Shown: piece after piece, positions 46,231 to 57,541 of the stretch
How the letters are laid out: the number at the start of each line of letters is the position of its first letter
Numbering within the stretch: the first letter of the stretch is position 1
Assembly (NCBI GenBank): GCA_002269645.1
Contig: NIVC01000033.1
Location: forward strand, 175,335-239,334
Direction: 5' to 3'
Source: Macrostomum lignano
Taxonomy: Eukaryota
DNA length: 64,000 bases
Notes under the pieces: model-generated
Seen by the model: only the letters and a program-made list of their open reading frames with translations
Told to the model about the DNA's origin: nothing
Database searches by the model: none
Position numbers and translations under genes: made by a program

Positions 46231-46630
46231 CTCCTGCGTCATCGCTCATTTTCGCAGCATTCCAGCCTCAGTTACAGGCTTGTCACACTCTCAAGTGAAT
46301 ATTAAAATATTATAATTTACAACCCCTTAGAGAGCACTTCTCAGTCTCCAAGCACTCTCTCTGTTCATCGTTGGGTCTATTTTACTATGCCAGTCGTGGT
46401 TGAGCTCTCTAGCGGTGTGACCTTAATTGTAGCAGTGCAACTTTCTTTTCGTTGCTTTTAATAGAAGTAGGTATGCTTGCTCGGACCAGCAATGGCCAGG
46501 GTCGCACCTCTCGGCTCTCTCCCCGTTAGTCTGTGTCGCACACAGCAGCAGCCACCCGTGAAACCCTGCGTCAGTCTGTGGCAAAGTGTTTATTTGGAGA
46601 TTGACCTTTCCACGCTCTTTCTATTCACCT

Positions 46631-46645
46631 GTTGCCAATGGCAAC
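46631..46645. promoter_or_regulatory. Perfect palindromic X-box GTTGCC-AAT-GGCAAC
   Basis: Direct match to the RFX consensus, in unique DNA upstream of the DEG/ENaC locus. Confidence 0.45.
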
Positions 46646-46897
46646 GGGGTGAAGCCGTCACGCGACTCACCCCCCCCCCAACTCTCTAATCCTCAGCTGA
46701 GTACGAGAGGCCGTTCCGGAGCTGCCATTGGCTGGAGCAGATGTTGAATGCATTCTGAGCAGACGCAGTGGGGTGGTGGGGTCTTGTTTATCGCAGCGGG
46801 GGGTCGGGTGATGCACTTCTCACACCCAGTCCACCCGTCACACACTATTGATGGACTGGGCAAGTTGTCAAGTAGACTTTAACTTTGCTTTACAGTC

Positions 46898-47168
46898 TAG
46901 TAGTGTAGTAGTGTAGTAGTGCATTAATGTAGTAGTGTAGTAGTGTAGTAGTGCATTAATGTAGTAATGTAGTAGTGTAGTAGTGCATTAATGTAGTAGT
47001 GTAGTAGTGTAGTAGTGCATTAATGTAGTAATGTAGTAGTGTAGTAGTGCATTAATGTAGTAGTGTAGTAGTGTAGTAGTGCATTAATGCAGTAGTGTAG
47101 TAGTGTAGTAGTGTTGTAGTGTAGTGGTGTTGTGATGTAGTAGTGTATTAATGTAGTAGTTTAGTAGT
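46898..47168. repeat. GTAGTAGT / GCATTAAT composite repeat
   Basis: Directly visible. Confidence 0.9.
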
Positions 47169-47206
47169 CGAGTGGCCCGTCCTACTGTTAAGCTATATTG
47201 GCAATT

Positions 47207-47469
47207 AGGGTCGTCGCCATAGATTTTATGGTGGGGGGGGGGACAAAGCCAAGAATTCTACATGTACATTCTACATGTACATTTTTTGAGAATCGGCCGG
47301 GTGTTGTTAGCGCTTTATTTTGGCACTACAGGCACTCATTTTGGTATGCGCTATATTTTGGCGCCTGAAGCAAAATTATTGATTTCAATTTTCATAACGG
47401 ATCATGAGCTGGTGTGGGGGGACAAAGCATGGACATGTCCCCCCTGTCCCCCCTGGTGGAGATGCCCCT
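47207..47469. mobile_element. Degenerate MITE-like non-autonomous element
   Basis: Ends AGGGTCGTCGCCAT and (reverse complement) AGGGGCATCTCCAC are imperfect inverted repeats; internal GGGGGACA/TGTCCCCC motifs; no clear target-site duplication. Confidence 0.4.
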
Positions 47470-48699
47470 GAGCAAGAATGACGCAAGGCAAAGCATCATT
47501 ATGTGCATTATCTACAAGGAGACAGGGGGGGGGGTTGGGATAGGTAGGGAAACTAGGATAAGAAGAGAATCTGCAGCATCCCATTCCCCATCAGTTGAGT
47601 GACTGGCAAACCCCCGCGCTGCATACCAAAAAGTCTCACTGATAACAGCTGCTATACTTCAATCTGTCCAAAGTCCCACCTAACCCCAAGCCAAGTCTGC
47701 TACAACTCTGCTTTTGCAGGCAGGGGTGGCACTTGGCCCAGGGGGGGGGGGCACACAGTACAGATACTCAGTGCACAATGAGCCATTGTTGTTGGATGTC
47801 GGGGTATGTGGGGTGGATTGGGAGGTTAGCCTGAGAAGGTTAGAATTTTGTTATTCTCCGCAGACCGACCCACCCACTCTCAGTAGCGTTTATATAAAAC
47901 TGGGAGGCTGGGCTGATTGCAAAGGCGTCAACAGCCTAGGCAGTGCAAATTGAGCACCTACCGATCTCACCTATACTCACAACCTATTCCTATAGCGCAA
48001 ACATGGGCGGAGCCAATGGCAAACTGGTGTGCGGCGGCGGCGGCGGCCGCGGTGAGTGATCCCGCAACACATTCGTTGATTTCTCCCATACGTTGGCGTT
48101 GATATTTTGTCCTACCTTTACGCATTGCAGGTCACGGTCACGGTAACGGTCACGGTCACGGTAACGGGCACGGGCACGGGAAGGGTCACGACAAGTAGAT
48201 CCAACCGTGACTGTAAAAACTGTGACCACCTGCTGGCATAAACAGACTGATTTTTTCGTATTTTTCTGTTTTTTGTTATAAATTTCAACTTTACTTTGTG
48301 AAACTGAACAGTATTCAATAGCCCAGCAGCCCTTACTAAGACAGATTAAGACTGCTATCAACAATGCACTCTTGAGCAGCCATGTAATATTTCAAGAATC
48401 AACCACTAAATTCATGTGGAACTTGTCTAAATTATTAAAAGAAATACACACGCCCTATTACTGTTTAAAGTTTTGTTTCTGCAGTCTTTTGTTTTTATAT
48501 TGCTAAAAAGCGGTTCTTCTGCGTCATTCTCTATTCCAGCCGACTTGGTAAAATTTGACTGCTATAACTGTTGACGCTTACTTACCAGTAGTAGTCTACT
48601 CTGCAAATAGCCTAATTTTAAATCTTACAAGCATAAACTCAGCTGGGAAATTCGTATTTACTTAAAGTTCAACAACAACAAAATACGCGGCCAGGGTCT

Positions 48700-49030
48700 T
48701 AAAAAGCCTGCAGCGTCAGCAGCAGCATCTACATCAGCTGTGTGCAGTGCGACTCTGCGCGGATGATGTGGCCTGCCAGCTGCAGTCGCCCACAGCAGGC
48801 CAGTGTGAGCCGCGTCTCCTTGCTAATCGAGCGAGCCCGTCAGCATCCGGGTCTCAGTGTTGTACAGCAGAACAGTCTCGACCACCGCTTGGAACAGCGC
48901 CACCTTCTGGCGGTCAGGTGGGGCCTCGGACCGCAGTACTTCAACATGCAGCTTATATGGCGTTTACACTTCCGTAAGGAGCGTGCAGCTTATGATGGGT
49001 CTGAGAGACCTGCCAGCACAATGCCCCGTT
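48700..49030 (-). mobile_element. Decayed RTE-like LINE ORF2 fragment (region downstream of RT)
   Basis: Frameshifted pieces read AARSLRK..RQKVALFQAVVETVLLYNTET and RLQLAGHIIRAE, typical of RTE-type ORF2 after the RT domain. Confidence 0.65.
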
Positions 49031-49035
49031 CCGCA

Positions 49036-49560
49036 ATAATAATTATTATAATTGATTACACCTTCCCCAACTGGGCCAGATGTGCAACCGACAGCTCATC
49101 CGCAGCTATTGCGCGGCGCATCTGAAGGCTGCGTACGGCTGTTCAGTCCAAGGACTGGGGGTCGCCACACGTGTGTCTTGACGTACTTGACTCAGCTGCA
49201 GGGGGCTCCGTGCATCCAGATGCAGCAAAGAGGCGTTGCTGAGACATTCCACCAACCCCTGGCGACCACAGGCAGCTGGTGCTGCGGTATCGTGCAGGGA
49301 GATCCGGTGGTGCCGGTGTCCCCAGCGCGGTCCCCCTCCGGAGAGTCCAGGAGGTGGATGTTCGCTCACTCGGTAGCCCTTAGGTAGCGGACGAGCTGGC
49401 AGAGATTCTCGGGCCTGAAAACGTCGGAGGGGTCCGGGTTTGGACCGAGCTAGGTGAGCCTGTCCTGAGTAAAGGCGGGCATTCACAGATGAAGTGCTCC
49501 GCATTCTCGACACCGGAGAGGCAGAATCAGCTTTCATTCTCACTACGGATTTTTCCCTGG
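49036..49560 (-). mobile_element. 5'-truncated non-LTR retrotransposon 3' end (C-terminal CCHC knuckle, 3' UTR, AT tail)
   Basis: Reads (C)xFCLSGVENAEHFICECP then, after a frameshift, [23 protein letters not shown] ~320-nt UTR follows, ending AATCAATTATAATAATTATTATT. Confidence 0.65.
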
Positions 49561-50084
49561 ATGTGGCAATGCACGTGTTTGCTTACAATTGGACAAAATG
49601 CAAGCAGCCCAGATTTTTTAGAGAACTTTCCAACAGTTTGAATTCGCAATCGATTTTATAAAATGATACAACTGCATTCGATTAGGGCATGCCTGGATCG
49701 AGCAGCTCCAGTTTAGAATATTCAAGAATCGAATTGAAAAATTCAGACAGCCAACGGTGGAAAACTACCGCCAGATCAAATGCAACTCGTCTATCAAATT
49801 CTGTCGAGGGCGGGGCTCGGAAGTCGTTAGTCAGCTGTTTTCCACGCCCTCTTGACAGCCTTGGCAACAATTGGCACTTGAAAGTCGATCAGATTCGAGT
49901 AGCTATTGCCGCTCGAACCACCTGGCCTAGCAACTAGCGGCATGCAAATGTAAAGTTCGGTTGGGTTAAGGACCTAATGAGGGCTTTGTCGAAGTTTCTT
50001 GTTTGTGATCAAACCTCACTGAGTCCTCGCTCAAACAGTGCTCTAACAGCCTGCTCGAACCGTGATCAAGACGTTACCAGACTG

Positions 50085-50340
50085 TGCTCAAACCGTGACC
50101 AAACTGTGCTCAAACCGTGACCAAACTGTGCTCAAACCGTGACCAAACTGTGCTCAAACCGTGACCAAACTGTGCTCAAACCGTGACCAAACTGTGCTCA
50201 AACCGTGACCAAACTGTGCTCAAACCGTGACCAAACTGTGCTCAAACCGTGACCAAACTGTGCTCAAACCGTGACCAAACTGTGCTCAAACCGTGACAAA
50301 ACTGTGCTCAAACCGTGCTCAAAGCCCAAACCGTGCTCAA
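50085..50340. repeat. 22-bp array AAACCGTGACCAAACTGTGCTC
   Basis: Directly visible. Confidence 0.93.
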
Positions 50341-50410
50341 ATTGTGACCGACTATCACGATAGCTGCTATCCAAGTAGACACTCCAAGCCTCGAACAGCT
50401 CGCCTCCGGC

Positions 50411-53400
50411 ATGTTGCCAACGGTCGAACCTCCATCGACACCATGCAGCCGAGCCTGCCGCCTGTTTGGCGAATTCTCCAACACCACCACCATGCACGGT
50501 GTCAGGCGCGCTGCCGGCGCCCGCACGGTGAACGCCCGGCTCTGCTGGTCTCTGCTGACCGTGGCCTGCATCCTGGGCTTCCTGGTGCAGTTCAGCATCC
50601 TGCTTGATCAGTACAAGCAGTACCCGGTGTCCGTGAAGCGTCTGTCTCAGTCGGTGGCCTTCCACTTTCCCGATCTGACGTTCTGCGTGGCCGGCAACTT
50701 CTTGGAGCGGCCAGAGCTGGAGCAGAGCAAACAGCTGCTGGCTCTGGAGGCCAACCTTGAGAACCTGCAGATGGAGAACGAGAACCGAGTGCCGGACCTG
50801 TTCAAGCTGGTGTCCCGGATACGGTGGGATGGGCAGGGGTTCGAGTTGGACATTTGAGTTCAGAATTCGAGACTGGGATTGGGATTAGAGTTTCGGATTG
50901 GGATTCGAGTTTCGGATTGGGATTCGAGTTTCGGATGGGGATTCGAGACAAGGGCTTGCTTTGCTACAGAAATGAAATGAGGAAAGTGTTGTCAAAGCTT
51001 TGTTCGGATAAGTCTCGATGAAAATGCCTTCGCGCATTGAATCCATCCCACAGATTTTTGACTAAGCCGCTTAAACAACATCCTTCGAATCACTGCATGA
51101 CATTTGAGCAGATTAAAGAGCTTTGATAAGGTTAGCCGCACACATGTTAATTCCCTTTAGGATTTGTTTTTAGAGGAAAAAGCCTGTGCAGGAATTCGGC
51201 CTTCAGATTTTCGAAAAATGGTTGCTATTTGAGAGAAATTCTCGGCATCACGTGGCTGAAAACTGCTCACGTTTGGCGTGCAGCGTTTGCCAAAACAGCG
51301 TTCTGAAGCACTTGTGCCTCAGGGTTAGGGTGGGGTGACCACCTTCACCTCTTTTAGCAATATAATTGCTGTTCTATCTATGCGTCCTCTTTCCTCCCTG
51401 CTTATTTGCCTCTTATCTGTGCTTATCTGCCTATCATCTGTGCTTATCTGCCTCTCCTCTGTGCTTATCTGCCTCTCATCTGTGCTTATCTGCCTCTCCT
51501 CTGTGCTTATCTGCCTCTCATCTGTGCTTATCTGCCTCTCATCTGTGCTTATCTGCCTCTTCTCTGTGCTTATCTGCCTCTCCTCTGTGCTTATTTGCCT
51601 CTCCTCTGTGCTTATCTGCCTCTCCTCTGTGCTTATCTGCCTTTCTTCTGTGCTTATCTGCCTCTTCTCTGTGCTTATCTGCCTCTTCTCTGTGCTTATC
51701 TGCCTCTTCTCTGTGCTTATCTGCCTCTTCTCTGTGCTTATCTGCCTCTTCTCTGTGCTTATCTGCCTCTTCTCTGTGCTTATCTGCCTCTCCTCTGTGC
51801 TTATCTGCCTCTCCTTTGTGCTTATCTGCCTCTCTTCTGTGTGCTCATCAGCCTCCCCTCTGTGTACTCATCAGCCTCCCCTCTGTGTGCTTATCTGCCT
51901 CTCCCCTGTGCTTATCTGCCATTCCTCTATCCTTATCTGCCTCTTCTCTGTGTGCTTATCTGCCATTCCTCTACCCTTATCTGCCTCTTCTCTCTGTGCT
52001 TATTTGCCTCTCCTCTATGTGCTTATTTGCCTCTCCTCTCTGTACTTATCTGCCTCTCCTCTGTGCTTATCTGCCTCTTCTCTGTGTGCTTATCTGCCAT
52101 TCCTCTCTCCTTATCTGGCTCTTCTCTCTGTGCTTATTTGCCTCTCCTCTATGTGCTTATTTGCCTCTCCTCTCTGTACTTATTTGCCTCTCCTCTGTGC
52201 TTATTTGCCTCTTCTATCTGTGCTTATCTGCCTCTCATCTGTGCTTATCTGCCTCTTCTCTGTGCTTATCTGCCTCTCCTCTGTGCTTATTTGCCTCTCC
52301 TCTGTGCTTATCTGCCTCTCCTCTGTGCTTATCTGCCTTTCTTCTGTGCTTATCTGCCTCTTCTCTGTGCTTATCTGCCTCTTCTCTGTGCTTATCTGCC
52401 TCTTCTCTGTGCTTATCTGCCTCTTCTCTGTGCTTATCTGCCTCTTCTCTGTGCTTATCTGCCTCTTCTCTGTGCTTATCTGCCTCTCCTCTGTGCTTAT
52501 CTGCCTCTCCTTTGTGCTTATCTGCCTCTCTTCTGTGTGCTCATCAGCCTCCCCTCTGTGTACTCATCAGCCTCCCCTCTGTGTGCTTATCTGCCTCTCC
52601 CCTGTGCTTATCTGCCATTCCTCTATCCTTATCTGCCTCTTCTCTGTGTGCTTATCTGCCATTCCTCTACCCTTATCTGCCTCTTCTCTCTGTGCTTATT
52701 TGCCTCTCCTCTATGTGCTTATTTGCCTCTCCTCTCTGTACTTATCTGCCTCTCCTCTGTGCTTATCTGCCTCTTCTCTGTGTGCTTATCTGCCATTCCT
52801 CTCTCCTTATCTGGCTCTTCTCTCTGTGCTTATTTGCCTCTCCTCTATGTGCTTATTTGCCTCTCCTCTCTGTACTTATTTGCCTCTCCTCTGTGCTTAT
52901 TTGCCTCTTCTATCTGTGCTTATCTGCCTCTCCTCTGTGCTTATCTGCCTCTTCTCTGTGTGCTTATCTGCCATTCCTCTCTCCTTATCTGGCTCTTCTC
53001 TCTGTGCTTATTTGCCTCTCCTCTCTGTGCTTATCTGCCATTCCTCTATTTATCTTCTTCTCCTCTCTTTGCTTATCTGCTTCTCCTCTAGGCCTCTCAC
53101 CCTTTGTGCCTCTCTATATTCTCATTCGTGCCTCTCCCGCCTCTCCTCTCTGCCACTTTCTCCATCAAAAACTGTTTCAAATTCAGTTTTCTTTCTCTGA
53201 TTTACAGAGCAATTTGTTCTCGATTTATGGAACATTTTCAAAAGCACCGTTCTCTATTAAAAGGCTTTAAAGAGAACTTCTGCTTGCCTGTACGAAAATG
53301 GTTTCTAGCGAATTCAAAGGAAAATTGGCTAAATAATAGGTATGAGTAGGAGAAATCAGGGAACAACATTTGGTATTTCTGCTACTTTTCTCAACAAAAA

Positions 53401-56400
53401 TGTTTGTTAGCTACAATAAGCCCTAGTTTGAGGAAATTCCATTTCTTTTATGGGATATTAATGGACTTTATATGTACAACAGATTTCTTGGCACAACGAA
53501 ACCTCCTCAAAAATGCGCAGGTACTGCAGCGTGAACGAGAAGGATTTCTACCTGCCTCTAGAGGACATGCTGGTGGACTGCGTGATTCATGGAGTGCCGT
53601 GCAACGCCAGCATGTTCACCCAGCACAGCAGCAGCCAGTACCGTGGCTGCTACACGTTTCACAGCGAAAGAATTGAGAGAAGCGACAGAAGCGAATCCAG
53701 CGAAAAAATGGTGCGAATTTTCCCGTGGATATGGGGATGGGGAGACTCATCAGTTTTCAGCTTTGTTGTTCGTCAGCAGTTCAGTATGAATACACAATGG
53801 GGGACGTAGCCCACGTGGTCCCGCGCGGCGCTCTGATGTGCCAGCGGCCCAGGCTCGATTCCGAGTGTAGTCAAATAAATTTGAGGCCAAATTGGAATCT
53901 CGGCTTGGCTCTCTGCTCGTGCAATTAATACCTTTGTGGGCCAACCCCCAAGGCACAGCGAAGTGTACATGCCTAACGACAAACAACGGCCCTGTACACT
54001 TCTGTCAGTGTATGCCTGTACGTATGACTGTGTACGTATCTGCGCGCTTGTGTGCCTGCTCGGGGGAGTCGGTGAAATGGGCTTCGCCACTCGTGACAAT
54101 TGATCATTATCTACCTCTGAAACTGTATCTATAACTATGCATTGCCTCACCTTACGGACTTCCCAAGTCCAAATCAAGCAAGTGCGTGTTTTGTCTATGG
54201 CAAAGCCTCACCCAGGACTGTGCGAAGGCAAATCGATATACCCTTCCAACTTCTTTCCGAAGTCCGTTTAGGAAGCGTAACAGAATTTCAGGTGTTGCCG
54301 CTCTCCAATAATAACTTTTAAAGTTTCGTAGCTTTCAAGACAGTCAAGCTTTTTAACGGTTTTTTGTTTAAAAAAGCTTGATCGGTTCCACTTTGAGTTT
54401 GAAATCCGAACCAATGCAGTGTTGCGTCCCTTCAAGACTCTATGTACTTGTATATGGTGCTTCTTATTCATTGTCAGCCTAAGCGATATTTAGGACCTTC
54501 AACAAAAAGGCATCATAAAGCGATTGTTGATTTAGTAATTGGACTAGCGAACTCAGCCCCCCGTTGGTGCCAGTTAAAATTCCGATCACATTTCGATTGC
54601 CCCAAACAGATCGACCTGTTCTCCTACGGAATGCGTCTGGTGCTGTTCACGCAGAATGAGCACAGCAGCTCCTCCGCCGATGCAGAAACCGTAGCGAGCA
54701 ACCCGACGCTGCTGCCCGATGGCCGGTCGGATGGCGAGCGGCTGGACCGAGTTGAGGGCATCAAGACCATCATCCATCCGCACACGACCTACCCGGTGCC
54801 GGAGTTCCGGGGAGTCACCATGGCCTCGGCCAAGGCCTACCAGTTCAGCGTGCGCATGCTGGAGACCCGCAGCCTGTCGACCCCGGCCAAGCCGTGCCAG
54901 ACGGACCAGGCGGCGGGCTCGGTGCGCGTGCTGGACAGGACCAACGGCCAGCTGACGGAGTTCGCCTACGACCAGGAGGTCTGCCTGATGCGCTCCTATC
55001 AGACTTTTCTCTACTCGCAGTGCGGCTGCATCTCGTACGCTTATCCGGTTTTTGAGCAGTACCAGCTGCGGGACCAGTGCCACTACCTGTCAGCCGAATG
55101 GCTCAAATACCTGGCTACGACGCACTACGTGAGCTGGAATGAGACAGCGCGAAAGGTAGCTCATACGAATAAAAATTAGTTAAAGCGTCTTCCAGTTTCA
55201 TAAGTCTGAGTACTAAATTTTGAAAAACTATACCCTGGACGATCGAGAGAGACGAGCATATAGGAGAGTTCATTCAGAAACAATTAGAAAAAGTTTCCAA
55301 TATATTGTATCAATATCTAGCAGGACAGCAGACAAATAATCTAGATCAATGGAGAAGTCTTTATCCCGCGCCAACAAGATGCGGCAGAATTTTTGAGAGC
55401 ACTTTTTTTGGGAGGGGGCTGTAGCCTAGGGGTTAGAGCGTCGGACTCTCGACTTGAAGGTCGGGGGTTCGATTCCCAATCCCACTGGAACAATTTGTGC
55501 CCTTGAGCAAGACACTTAACTCTGCATTGCTTCAGTTCACCCAGCTGTAAAATGGGTGCCAGCATTAGCTGGGGTAATTGAGGGCGTGCGTGGCGACTTC
55601 CCTCTCCCAGTCCTTGGACTGAACAGCCGTACGCAGCCTTCAGATGCGGCGCGCAATAGCTGCGGCTGAGCTGTCGGTTGCACATCTGACCCAATTGGGG
55701 CAGGTGTAATCAATTATTATCATACCCTGCTCAAGGAGGGTGCCATCATGCCCGGTGGCAGACATCGCGATCGATCGAATGTCACCCCAATTCGCTCCTA
55801 GGCGGTCGACCGCCTGATCGATAGGAGCCTCTGTCACGATCGCTACTTTAACAGTCCGGAAGCGGCCGCAACCACTGAAGCTCTGAACAGCTGCGCGCAT
55901 CCGTGCGTCAGGCAGTCCTACACCAATGTTGTGTCCATGGCCAAGTGGCCCACCGCGGCTGCCTATCCGGTTCTGATGTCCCGGCTGAACATCATGTTCG
56001 ACCAGGCCAATCTGACTGGCAGGTGCGTTTCTACTTATTTCTTACAGTAAGGAGTCGAACTACTTAACGGTATTTCAAAGTATTTTCTGTTAAGCAATTT
56101 GCTTAAACAAAGCACCTCTTTGCACCTTCTCCGCTAAAGCCCGCTAGTATAGTTCACACAGTCAACTTCATTTGGTTTTATGAACTTACTTGACTGGAAT
56201 ATTCGACGCTTAAATGTACCTTCAGTTTTACCTTCATTCACCATCTACTCTTCTTTTCATCGCCGTCTTTCTCAGCCCTCCTTTTCCCAGCCCTTCTCGG
56301 CTCTCCTTTCCCTTCGCTTCGTCTTCATTATCTAACAAGAGTATCCGCTGAGCACACTGACTCAGACTCCATCAAACTCCTACAGATTCACCGTGCTCAA

Positions 56401-56845
56401 CGGATTCGCCAACAATCGGAGTCTGCCGATGAGCGAGCTCGAGCAGCGAGTCACGAAAATCGACGTCCTGGCCGAGAGCTACCTGGCCGATCTGGAGGTC
56501 GAGGAGCTGGCCTACACCATGGAGAAGCTTTTGTCGGATCTTGGCGGAAACCTCGGCCTGTGGATCGGTGTCAGCGTGCTGACAGTGCTGGAGATTCTCG
56601 ACCTGCTGCTGAGCTACATCCGGCTCGCTGTGGGTCGGCAGTTCGCCAGAAGATGCGGATGCCGTTCCCGTGGCTGCGGTGAATCCTCCAACCGGCGTTC
56701 GACTGTTTTGATGGAGCTCAGCGCTGGAAGCTACCGACAGAGACGGGCATCGGTCTATCCCAGCTGCTACCTGCACCAGGACTCGGCTGGGTCAAACAAT
56801 AATGGAGGAAGTGCTCGGTGGCAGCCGGAGACGCACTATTTCTGA
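50411..56845 (+). CDS. DEG/ENaC (amiloride-sensitive, FaNaC/ASIC-like) sodium channel subunit, ~609 aa (636 aa with the putative upstream exon 48003-48051)
   Basis: Exons 50411(or 50379)-50823, 53521-53710, 54610-55155, 55802-56022, 56386-56845; phase-consistent. FSNTTTMHG (HG motif), TM1, FPDLTFC, Cys-rich extracellular domain, TM2 LLSDLGGNLGLWIGVSVLTVLEI. The 50823/53521 junction is less certain. Confidence 0.88.
51400..53090. repeat. 21-bp pyrimidine-rich array TGTGCTTATCTGCCTCTTCTC with a ~696-bp internal duplication
   Basis: Directly visible; the variant GTGCTCATCAGCC occurs at 51841 and 52537. Confidence 0.95.
53799..54080 (+). mobile_element. tRNA-headed SINE-like element, family 2
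   Basis: GGGGGACGTAGCCCACGTGG (A-box-like) and GGCTCGATTCC (B-box-like, 53852-53862). The body GGCCAACCCCCAAGGCACAG..GTACATGCCT recurs at ~18812 and ~58059. Confidence 0.55.
55414..55723 (+). mobile_element. tRNA-derived CORE-type SINE with LINE-derived tail, in a DEG/ENaC intron
   Basis: A box TAGCCTAGGGG and B box GGTTCGATTCC (55466-55476). The central TGTGCCCTTGAGCAAGACACTTAAC..CAGTTCACCCAGCTGTAAAATGGG resembles the MIR CORE domain. The tail matches 49047-49171 (reverse complement). Confidence 0.8.
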
Positions 56846-57541
56846 TTGATAGAATTTTAATGTGAACCCAGCTCTTTTTGGTAGCTTTAAATTGAATTTT
56901 ATGAAGCTGATTGGGTTGAAATTTTAACTAAATTTTGTTTTGTTCAACAGCTAATGAGCATAATTCTTGTTTGTTAAAATGTACCGCTGCTGTACTACGT
57001 AATATTTGTTAATTTTTTTGCTATTCCTACCGAGTTCAAAAGATTTATCAGCACCGAATGACCGCTGCTTACTTGAATTCAGCACAGGAAGAGTTGCTGC
57101 AGAAAATCCGGACCGTTTAATTTCCGGTTTTCTAAGAAGCGATTTTTTAAAATTACTGGATGATTTGAAAGATTTGATGAGGGCAAGAAGACCCAGACTC
57201 TGCCTGACTCAATTGGCTCAGGTGCAGAAACTGAGGGAGAGGGATTTGAGCACAGGTGCGGCTGGACTGGACTAAAAAGCCAATCACGGGACTGCTGGAC
57301 AAGATAATTATGGATAGAAAGGAGCATTGCCTGTTTGAGGGTATAAACCCGAGCGTTTCTGACGTGGGCTTAGATGGATACAAGCTCGATTTTTTTATTA
57401 AGCCTTAAATCTAAAGAGCAAAGCTTCAAAGCCATAGAGATTTTTTTCGGTACTAGCAAAAAAGCGAATATTTATATCTGAGCACAGAGAAGACAAAGCT
57501 AGTTATTTCCCTTCTAGAGCAGAGCATCTACGTACGCAGCA

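Noticed and set aside
46258-46298. Alternative last exon for the MGCEGS gene (TFQPQLQACHTLK*)
   Set aside because: It is phase-compatible but lies beyond an AATAAA at 44258 and a 1.9-kb satellite. The 75-nt intron to 43977 is more parsimonious; this exon is kept only as a fallback.
44292-46305. 665-aa and 668-aa ORFs (also 22948-25063, 51335-53270, 1043-2426, 25458-26716, 32745-33195, 19667-20255 and similar)
   Set aside because: They are translations of stop-free tandem repeats, often open in several frames or on both strands, and most lie in introns of the modelled genes.
55414-55485. tRNA gene
   Set aside because: A and B boxes are present but the acceptor stem does not close, and the sequence runs into a CORE-like domain and a LINE tail, so it is a SINE head.
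57006-57275. 89-aa ORF between ENaC and ACSL
   Set aside because: It starts at a non-ATG codon, has no recognisable motif, and I found no splice link to either neighbour.
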